Origin: Gammaproteobacteria bacterium
GTDB taxonomy: Bacteria; Pseudomonadota; Gammaproteobacteria; JACKNK01
NCBI GenBank assembly: GCA_049604295.1
Contig: JBMYTL010000005.1
Coordinates: 907-64,906, forward strand
DNA: 64,000 bases
Direction: 5' to 3'
The position numbers and the translations under genes were made by a program. The notes beneath the pieces are model-generated. The model saw only the letters and a program-made list of their open reading frames with translations, was not told the DNA's origin and made no database searches. Of the stretch, positions 56,581 through 64,000 are shown piece after piece. Each line of letters opens with the position of its first letter. Within the stretch, counting starts at the first letter, position 1.

Positions 56581-56898
56581 GCGATGACTCCCGAATCCGG
56601 ACTATGGTTGAAGCCTTTCGGCTTTCGCCCGTTGGCCGGACCCGTTGGGGGCTGACCCAGGGAGGGACTGACCGATCGGCGCTGGCCGGATTCACTCGAT
56701 GAATGTGCAGATTGGCTGACGGATTCGCGCGGTCGTTGGACGTACGCACGAACGGGCGGCGCAGTGTACGGCTGCGCACGCCACGTCGGCAATGATACCC
56801 ATGGGAGCGACGTCGAAAGCCCGATCGGGCCTTCCCCAAGCCGGTATCCGGGGATTAGGGTAGAGGTCCGCGCACATTCGGCCCGTCGGCCAGGAACC

Positions 56899-57384
56899 AT
56901 GCAAGGCCCACTCTGGAAACCGCTTGATATTGTCTTCCATAGGCGTCGCTACGCGAACCTGATGGAGGTCTATGAGCGTAACTACGAGCTTCTGGAGAGT
57001 CTTTTGCCCTTCCTCGACCATCTGCCAGACCGCGCACGCTCGTGCGCGGCCGGTGCCGCACCACTGCACCTGGAGGTACTGGAGCGCCACCGCTACACCA
57101 CCGAGTTGCATCTGACCCACCGGTTTGACGATGACAACGGTGAGACCACTCCGGACATCACCCTGCGTGTTTATCACGACAGTCGGCAGGCCGAATTCAT
57201 GGATGCCAACTGGGCTGCACCTGCAGGGGCCGAGGACGGACCCATACCGGGCCACGAGTTGGAGTGGAAATGGGCGGCCAACCTGTTCCTTGAGCGCTGG
57301 CTGGTCTGGTGCCTGAACGAAGGCCACGATTTCCCAGGTGCAGGGGGCAGAACGCCGGGTCGGAGACAGTCGGCGGTGGCCTGA
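56899..57384 (+). CDS. DUF1249 (YqiB-like) protein
   Basis: LMEVYERNY, RYTT, RVYHDSRQAE, KWAANLFLERWL. Confidence 0.85.
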   Translation: MQGPLWKPLDIVFHRRRYANLMEVYERNYELLESLLPFLDHLPDRARSCAAGAAPLHLEVLERHRYTTELHLTHRFDDDNGETTPDITLRVYHDSRQAEFMDANWAAPAGAEDGPIPGHELEWKWAANLFLERWLVWCLNEGHDFPGAGGRTPGRRQSAVA

Positions 57385-57492
57385 GTACGGGCACCGGCAC
57401 CTATATCGCGTTGCATTGATCTACGTCTCTTGACCGTTTTCCGGCGCTTCCGCTAGCGTCCTCAAGCAGGTTCCGAGCATCGGCGGCGCGTC

Positions 57493-57960
57493 ATGAAACT
57501 CTCCACCAAGGGCCGTTATGCGGTCACGGCAATGATGGATCTGGCTATTCACAGTGGTCGAGGCCCCGTCACGCTGTCGGATATCTCCCAGGCCCAGGCC
57601 ATATCGCTTTCCTACCTGGAGCAGATCTTCGCGAAGCTGCGCAAGGCCGGCCTCGTCGAAGGGGTTCGTGGCCCGGGCGGTGGGTACCGTCTTTCCCGTC
57701 CCGCCGAGGAGATATCCATCGCCAGTGTGGTCGACGCGGTGGGGGAGGGGATGGACGTCACCCGCTGTGGCGCCCAGGGTGGATGCCAGGACGGTCGCAA
57801 CTGCCTCACCCATGACCTCTGGCAGGAGCTTTCGCGCAAGATCTTCGAGTTTCTCGATGGTATTTCCCTGGCGGACTACAGCGCCCGGCCCGAGGTGCAG
57901 GAAACCGCACGCATGCAGGATGAAATCCGCGGCCGGGGTGAGGCCGTCCCATTCGTCTGA
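57493..57960 (+). CDS. iscR: Rrf2-family Fe-S cluster regulator, IscR-like
   Basis: MKLSTKGRYAVTAMMDLA, ISLSYLEQIF, RGPGGGY, C-x5-C-x5-C-LTHDLW. Confidence 0.88.
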   Translation: MKLSTKGRYAVTAMMDLAIHSGRGPVTLSDISQAQAISLSYLEQIFAKLRKAGLVEGVRGPGGGYRLSRPAEEISIASVVDAVGEGMDVTRCGAQGGCQDGRNCLTHDLWQELSRKIFEFLDGISLADYSARPEVQETARMQDEIRGRGEAVPFV

Positions 57961-58075
57961 TCCTGTCCGATCCGACCCTTTTCTCTTTGCTCCCGGGCGT
58001 GCCGGTCGAGGAACCCGAGCGGGTCGGATGACGTCGAAGGTTTCGCGTTTCGATATTCCCCAGGAGATCCCCACC

Positions 58076-58633
58076 ATGCGTCCGCTGTCCATTCCGTCCC
58101 TCGCCGCGGGGGGGCTATTGGCCCTCAGCCTGTCCGCATGCACCTCCAATCCACCCCGTGATCCGGGCACCGCCTACGGCGAGATCGGCGAGGGGGCTGT
58201 CATCACCCTGCTCAAGCCACTGCGGGTCGCCGGGGGATATGCCGGTGTCTGGATTCAGAACGGTCGGGAGGTCTGGCGTGAGAGCGACGTGAACCACCAT
58301 GCGCCCTATTGTCGGTTCGAGCGTCTGACCGTCTCCGACCGGGACCAGCGCATCGAGGCCGGCGACTACCGGGTGGTCCGTGTGTTGCGCGCCCTGGATT
58401 ACGTGCGCGCGTGGCCCCCGGAGCCCCTTGCCCAAGCCGGCTTTGATGACAGCCCGCACACCTACCTGGACATCCAGTCCAAGTTCTACCTTGAAGGCCC
58501 CGATGCGGGTATAGATAACGTGTACTGTGGTGTCTGGGAGGATCCGGTGGAAGCCGATGGCCTGTCCGTCGCGGAGATGCGCCAGGTGGGTGAAGGGCTG
58601 TTCACATTGCGGCTGCCTCAGGCTGAACGCTAG
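58076..58633 (+). CDS. Hypothetical lipoprotein
   Basis: AGGAG RBS; lipobox LSA|C. Confidence 0.75.
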   Translation: MRPLSIPSLAAGGLLALSLSACTSNPPRDPGTAYGEIGEGAVITLLKPLRVAGGYAGVWIQNGREVWRESDVNHHAPYCRFERLTVSDRDQRIEAGDYRVVRVLRALDYVRAWPPEPLAQAGFDDSPHTYLDIQSKFYLEGPDAGIDNVYCGVWEDPVEADGLSVAEMRQVGEGLFTLRLPQAER

Positions 58634-58777
58634 CAAGCGCTCCGCTCACGGTCCCGGGATCAATCAGGCCAACGCTATTGCCAATGGCCCATGGCCGGAG
58701 CAGGCGGGTTGCCCCGGATCCGATTGACCTGACCCGCCCCGCGGGCAACTGAACTGCGTTACTGTCCCGGCCCCTCG

Positions 58778-59620
58778 ATGCCTGTCCCCACGGAGTCTCA
58801 GACCGTGCCCGTTTCGCGACATACCGGTACCGCGATGGTTGATCCCGACGAGATAGCCACGCGGTTTCATGAACAGGGATTCGTGGTCCTGCCCGCATTG
58901 GCCTCGCGGGAGCAGGTCGCTGAACTCAATCGTGCGGTTGATGAGCACCTTGCCCCGCCCCTCGCTCCCCTGGAATACGAAGCGGAGTTGGGCTACCCGG
59001 GCGCCCCCATGAGTCTGGATGCGGAAGGGGGAGGCACGCCGCGGCGTCTGCTGAATGCCTATTCGCGGGACCCGGTGTTCCGCCGTTGGGCCCGGTCTGA
59101 TGAATTGCTGGTTCCCGTGCGTACACTGCTTGGTGGGGGGGATATTGCGCTGGTTCAGGCCCACCACAACTGCATCATGACCAAGTACCCCGATCACGGC
59201 AGCGAGACCGGCTGGCACCAGGACACCCGCTACTGGAGCTACCCGCGAGGCGATCTGATCAACGCTTGGTTGGCCTTGGGCGATGAGGGGCCGGAGAACG
59301 GCGGAATGCGCGTGATTCCTGCTTCACACCGGCGCGAGTTCGGGCGTGAGCGCTTCGACGAGGATGTGTTCTTCCTGCCGGATCATCCCGACAACGGGCC
59401 GGTTCTTGCCGATGAGGTTGCCGTGACCCTGCGCCCGGGTGATGTGCTGCTCTTCCATGCGCGCCTGTTGCACGCCGCGGGCCGCAATCGGGCCGCGGCG
59501 GTAAAGCGTTCCCTGGTGTTCACCTATCGTCGGGCGGATGAGGCCCCCCTGCCGGATTCACGCTCCAGCCGAACCCGCGACGTACCACTACCCGCCGTGC
59601 ATGGGGCGTCCGCGCTGTGA
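58778..59620 (+). CDS. Phytanoyl-CoA dioxygenase (PhyH) family Fe(II)/2-oxoglutarate oxygenase
   Basis: WHQD, WLAL, NGGMRVIPASH, GDVLLFH...HAAGRN. Confidence 0.92.
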   Translation: MPVPTESQTVPVSRHTGTAMVDPDEIATRFHEQGFVVLPALASREQVAELNRAVDEHLAPPLAPLEYEAELGYPGAPMSLDAEGGGTPRRLLNAYSRDPVFRRWARSDELLVPVRTLLGGGDIALVQAHHNCIMTKYPDHGSETGWHQDTRYWSYPRGDLINAWLALGDEGPENGGMRVIPASHRREFGRERFDEDVFFLPDHPDNGPVLADEVAVTLRPGDVLLFHARLLHAAGRNRAAAVKRSLVFTYRRADEAPLPDSRSSRTRDVPLPAVHGASAL

Positions 59621-60027
59621 GCGGGTTCCGCCTGCATCCGCGCCTCGCCGCCGACTGTGCCGTCGTCGGCGAAGGGCCGCTGTCGCGTTTTCTGCTGTTG
59701 GATGACCGCCGCTATCCCTGGTTGATCCTGGTGCCCCGCATCGATGGGGTGACGGGGCTGCACGAGTTGGACGTCCCGGCGCGTGGGACGCTGATGGACG
59801 AATGCTGCCGGGCCGCAAGGGCCCTGGAATCGTTGTATGCCCCCGACCGTGTGAACGTCGGGGCTCTGGGGAACCTGGTGCCGCAGTTGCACCTGCACGT
59901 GATCGCGCGCCATGAAGGTGATCCCGCTTGGCCGGGGCCTGTCTGGGGGCATTCCGATCCAGAATCCTATGCGCCAGCCGACCGCGCCAAACGCCTGGCC
60001 GCACTGCGCGACGCCCTGAAGTTCTGA
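59617..60027 (+). CDS. HIT family protein
   Basis: FRLHPRL, YPWLILVP, NVGALGNLVPQLHLHV, WPGPVWG. Confidence 0.92.
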   Translation: MSGFRLHPRLAADCAVVGEGPLSRFLLLDDRRYPWLILVPRIDGVTGLHELDVPARGTLMDECCRAARALESLYAPDRVNVGALGNLVPQLHLHVIARHEGDPAWPGPVWGHSDPESYAPADRAKRLAALRDALKF

Positions 60028-60197
60028 GTGATTGCCGTGCATCCGGAGCAGGATGCGCATGCGCGCGCTGGGAACGGCCGGGATTGGTGAGCAAATAACG
60101 TGGGATATCCGCCGCACCATGGTGCATGATTAAGGGTAAACCATAATGAAACCGCGTTTCGTCCGTCGATCCGCGGAATACTCCGGGGCTGTCGCCC

Positions 60198-61073
60198 GTG
60201 CGACACGACGAGATGCCCCAGGGGTCAGGAAGTCGGGGAGGAGGTTTTCACGTGCGCACGCTGCTCTTGCTCATAGCCATGATGCCGTTTCTAACGGTGG
60301 GGGGCGCGTACGCCCGTACGACGCAGACGGTTGAAGCACCGGTCGCGCCGGGTGTGGTGGCGCGGGCGGCCTACAGTGGTGAAGGGCATGAGACGGGTGG
60401 CAACCCCGTGCTGATCCTGCACGGCTTTCTGCAAACCCATGATTTCTTCACCGTCAGGCGGCTTCATCAAAGCCTGGCCGATGCGGATTACCCTGTGCTG
60501 TCGCCGACGCTCTCCCTCGGTATCTCCGGGCGCGCCCAGAGCCTGGGTTGCGAGGCGGTACACCTGCACACCCTGGATGACGATGTGGCCGAGCTGCACC
60601 ACTGGGTGCAGTGGTTGTATGGCAGGCAGGGCAGGCCCGTGGTGTTGATCGGCCACAGTGCCGGGGGCTTGGTCATCACCCGCTACCTTGAGGCCTATCC
60701 CGATGCGCCGGTCGCACGGGCGATCCTCGTCAGTGTCAGTGATCTGCTCGGCGGGGAGCGTGCCGACGCCCGGACCGAGGGCGACCTGGAAGAGTTTTCC
60801 CTGGGATTCTGTCAGCGTTACGTCAGCACGCGCGAGGCCTACAACTCCTACAGCCGTTGGGATGCCCGGAGCATGCTCGACGCCATGATCGGTTTCCGGG
60901 GCCCCGTGGCCGTGATCCTGGGCTCGGCCGACGACCGTATCGATGTTTCCTGGCGCAACCTCCTGCGTGAATCCGGTATTCGCGTGGTAAACGTGGAAGG
61001 AGCGGACCACTTCTTCGACAGTGCCCACGAGTTCGATCTGCTTGAGGCCGTGGAGGGCTTGTTGGCGCATTGA
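60198..61073 (+). CDS. Exported alpha/beta hydrolase
   Basis: LHGFLQ, nucleophile elbow GHSAG, DD, ADHFF; signal-like N-terminus. Confidence 0.85.
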   Translation: MRHDEMPQGSGSRGGGFHVRTLLLLIAMMPFLTVGGAYARTTQTVEAPVAPGVVARAAYSGEGHETGGNPVLILHGFLQTHDFFTVRRLHQSLADADYPVLSPTLSLGISGRAQSLGCEAVHLHTLDDDVAELHHWVQWLYGRQGRPVVLIGHSAGGLVITRYLEAYPDAPVARAILVSVSDLLGGERADARTEGDLEEFSLGFCQRYVSTREAYNSYSRWDARSMLDAMIGFRGPVAVILGSADDRIDVSWRNLLRESGIRVVNVEGADHFFDSAHEFDLLEAVEGLLAH

Positions 61074-61085
61074 CGCCCGCATCCA

Positions 61086-63332
61086 ATGACCGAGCAAAAA
61101 GGACAACGCACGCTCAGTTTCGGGCGCTACGCCTCCTGGTTGGCCGCTATCACAGCCGTGATCTATGTGGCGTTCGCCCTGCTCAGCTATCAGCAGTACC
61201 AGAGCACCCGGGGACGACTGCACGATTCCGAGCGGCTCTCCGCCCGCGCGGAATTGAACAATTCGGTGCACAAAGTGCTCAGGGACCTGCGCGCAGGGGT
61301 TCAAGACCTGAGTGACTGGGACGAGTTGTTCCAGCAATTGGCCAATCCGCGCTACTTCGCCTATTGGCATTCTCACCGGATTGCCCAGTCGGGCGTCCTG
61401 GGTGAACGTTTCGACGAACTCATGTTGTACGACGAGCGGGGGCGTGCCCTGACTGTATTGAGTGATAACCCCCTGCCTGAATCGGTCACCCCGGGCACGG
61501 CCCGGGAGTCATACCACGTGGAGGGTGGCGATCTACGCGTTGTGTTCATCGTTCCGCTGACACGCGACCCCGGTACGGGCGTGGTGGGTTACCTCGGGGT
61601 GAATGCCCGTTTGCTGCCCTCCATCCGGAGACTGCACGCGTTCAACCTGATCGATATCCAGTCCCTGAAGTTCGTTGGAGGCACTTTGGAATCGGTGGGC
61701 GACATCGTGGATCACGCCCGTTATCGACTCGTCCAGACGCGCAGTTTCAAGCTGATCGATGGCCTTGTGGTGGACACGATCATCATCCTCGGTGCCTTGG
61801 TGGTGTTGCCCAGTCTGCTATTGATGATCGTCTCGATGCGGGTTGTCGGGCACGCTGTTCGGCGGGTGCCGGCCGTCATCGAGCGCCTGCGTTCATCCGG
61901 TGGGATGGAGCCCGTGGAGGACGGCCCGGGACGGGGCCATCTGCCCCGACTTCGCCTCGAGGAACTGCACGCCGCCGAGCAGTCGCTGATCGACTATCAC
62001 CACGAGCTGTCGGAAGCCAACCGCGTGCTCGACGAGAAGAACCGGGAGCTCTGGGTGATGGCCCATCAGGACGTCCTCACCCGCGCTCAGAACCGGCGTG
62101 CCTTCGATGAATTCTGGAGTGAATTGGCCCGTGGCCGGGGCCCCGCGAGCGACAGCGTCCGGCTCATGCTCTGCGATATCAATCATTTCAAGGCCATCAA
62201 TGACAGCTACGGCCACCCGGTCGGGGATCTGGTGCTCGTCGCCGTGGCGAATTGCCTGCGTAATGCACTGGGACCGGGCCAGCCGTTGTTCCGCCTCGGT
62301 GGGGATGAGTTCGCCTGCGTGTTGCGCAACTGCACCAAACCCCAGGCCATGGCCGTGGCGAAGCGTTGCGAGGAAGCGGTCAAACATCACCCCTTTGCCG
62401 ACGAGCTGGACCTGGTCGAGCCGGTGCGCCTGAGTATCGGGGTGTCCGCCCCTGAGGCGCCGAGGGATGTCTCCGTGACCGAACTTATGCGCCAGGCGGA
62501 CATGGCCATGTATGCCTCCAAGCGTCCGGGGCAGCCCACGATCAGCGTCTACGAACATGGTATGGCCAGTTCCACCAGCGGAGTGTTCTCCATCGGCGCC
62601 AATGAGGCCGTGTACCAGGCCTTGGATTTCGGCCATGGCATTGTCATGTATTACCAGCCCGTGGTGGACCTTCGTACCAACGCAGCGGCGTACTACGAGG
62701 CCTTGGTGCGTCTGCGATTGGGGGATCGTCTGTTCCCCCCGGAAGAGTTCATGCCCGTGGTCGAGGCCCGTCACCTGGAGATGGAGATGGACCGCGTGAT
62801 CATCGGTCAGGTGGCCCGCGACCTGGAGGCCGGTCGCTTGCCGCAAGGGGCCGGTGTGGCCGTGAATCTCTCCGGCCCGTCAGTGGTGAACGAGCAGGTG
62901 GTGGAGTGGTTGCGGCCGTTGTTGGCGTTCATGGATGCCATGAAGCTGGTCATAGAAGTCACCGAGACCAGCCTGATCACCCAGATGGAAGCGGCCACCG
63001 AGAATCTCGAGCATCTCCGCTCCCTGGGGTTCGAAGTGGCCCTGGACGATTTCGGAAGCGGTTACTCATCTCTGCGTTACCTCACCAGCATGCCGGTGGA
63101 TATCGTCAAGTTTGATCTCACGCTCATCCAGGCCCTGGATGACCCGGAGCAACGGGTGCTCGTGGAGCACCTGGCGTCTTTGATCTCGGGCAACGGCCAT
63201 AAGCTGGTGGCCGAGGGGATCGAGGACCGGCGCATGCTCGAGAAGGTGATGCAGGTGGGGTTTGATTTTGTCCAGGGACACTGGCTTGGCAGGCCTGACC
63301 CGCACCCGGGGGGTGCTCCCGATTCGGGCTAG
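61086..63332 (+). CDS. Membrane GGDEF-EAL protein with periplasmic sensor domain
   Basis: Two TMs; DINHFKAINDSYGH, RLGGDEF; YEALVR, EVTET, LDDFGSGYSS, VAEGIE, QG. Confidence 0.93.
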   Translation: MTEQKGQRTLSFGRYASWLAAITAVIYVAFALLSYQQYQSTRGRLHDSERLSARAELNNSVHKVLRDLRAGVQDLSDWDELFQQLANPRYFAYWHSHRIAQSGVLGERFDELMLYDERGRALTVLSDNPLPESVTPGTARESYHVEGGDLRVVFIVPLTRDPGTGVVGYLGVNARLLPSIRRLHAFNLIDIQSLKFVGGTLESVGDIVDHARYRLVQTRSFKLIDGLVVDTIIILGALVVLPSLLLMIVSMRVVGHAVRRVPAVIERLRSSGGMEPVEDGPGRGHLPRLRLEELHAAEQSLIDYHHELSEANRVLDEKNRELWVMAHQDVLTRAQNRRAFDEFWSELARGRGPASDSVRLMLCDINHFKAINDSYGHPVGDLVLVAVANCLRNALGPGQPLFRLGGDEFACVLRNCTKPQAMAVAKRCEEAVKHHPFADELDLVEPVRLSIGVSAPEAPRDVSVTELMRQADMAMYASKRPGQPTISVYEHGMASSTSGVFSIGANEAVYQALDFGHGIVMYYQPVVDLRTNAAAYYEALVRLRLGDRLFPPEEFMPVVEARHLEMEMDRVIIGQVARDLEAGRLPQGAGVAVNLSGPSVVNEQVVEWLRPLLAFMDAMKLVIEVTETSLITQMEAATENLEHLRSLGFEVALDDFGSGYSSLRYLTSMPVDIVKFDLTLIQALDDPEQRVLVEHLASLISGNGHKLVAEGIEDRRMLEKVMQVGFDFVQGHWLGRPDPHPGGAPDSG

Positions 63333-63475
63333 TGTCGTGCGCCAACCTGTTTGGCACTTAATAACGGCCCAACTTTCCGCCATGCCGCGTTGCTCGTTGT
63401 CGCCAAAGTCCCGCTATGACCCGGCCTCGCGCCCTGCCTGACGAAAAATGGGACTCGTTCTCGCTCCATCTATTT

Positions 63476-63934
63476 CTAGCGGCCGCCCTCGGGATCGGTT
63501 TCGCACCAGCCGGCGCGGGTACCGCCGTCGTAGGGGCGCGCATGACCCGCGCGGATCAGTTCGTCGCTCAGATTGCGACCATCCACCCAGACCTCGGCCA
63601 GCAGGCGGAAATACTTGCCGCGCTTGATGTTGCGCAGTTCGATGGACCGGGCACCGCGAAGGGCAGCTACCGTGAACTGCTTGGCGGCCCGGGCGCGGAC
63701 CTTCTCCTGCTCACATTTGCCCCGTATCTCGGGTGCATCCACGCCCACGACGCGAATGGGGATGCGGTATCCCACCACCTCGGGCCAGTCGGCTATGTTG
63801 ACGCGGAAGGTGTCGGCATCGTAGATCGAGGTCACTTCGCTCACTGTGGCCTGTCCATAGATGGTGTCCTTGATGCTCGCGGCAAAAGTGGGCGCGGCGA
63901 TGAGAAGAAGCATGAGGGCAAGGGTTTGCCTCAT
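63476..63934 (-). CDS. Thermonuclease (SNase-like) family protein
   Basis: Signal peptide; IYDADTF, IRVVGVDAPE, KYFRLLAEV, GHARPYDGG. Confidence 0.9.
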   Translation of the reverse strand: MRQTLALMLLLIAAPTFAASIKDTIYGQATVSEVTSIYDADTFRVNIADWPEVVGYRIPIRVVGVDAPEIRGKCEQEKVRARAAKQFTVAALRGARSIELRNIKRGKYFRLLAEVWVDGRNLSDELIRAGHARPYDGGTRAGWCETDPEGGR

Positions 63935-64000
63935 CGGGAATGTCCTCTGACCTGATCGTGCCCGGTCATGGCATGTCCTTGAGTGGTTGGTTCGAAGGGT

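Overview
High-GC chromosomal window, probably from a gammaproteobacterium (inferred from gene content: argA/argE, pdsRS, iscR, cysZ, DUF1249, TauE-USP). No rRNA, tRNA, CRISPR array, integrase or transposase was recognised. The first ~28 kb (possibly to 32.8 kb) is a single co-directional + strand locus with three parts. (i) A divergent type IV filament (T4P/T2SS-like) machine: a secretin whose N-domains resemble T3SS SctC, five class-III pilins, PilC/GspF, PilM-PilN and PilO-PilP-like fusions, a lytic transglycosylase and a Sel1-SPOR protein. (ii) An apparent Ser/Thr phospho-control layer: a Hanks kinase fused to an FGE/SUMF1 domain, an assembly ATPase with an N-terminal FHA domain and a linker of about ten D/E-x-T-x-V repeats, and two more FHA proteins, one fused to a degenerate nucleotide cyclase. 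(iii) A complete-looking trans-envelope redox chain: FAD/NAD/2Fe-2S reductase, cNMP-domain/4x[4Fe-4S] protein, four-His membrane protein, deca-, penta- and tetraheme c cytochromes and an outer-membrane beta-barrel. I do not recognise this combination as a characterised system, and it is the main candidate for something new. The rest of the window is mostly housekeeping and signalling genes, including a decayed proteobacterial sortase locus and a structured leader with a terminator upstream of nadA. All assignments come from motifs read by eye; no database searches were run.
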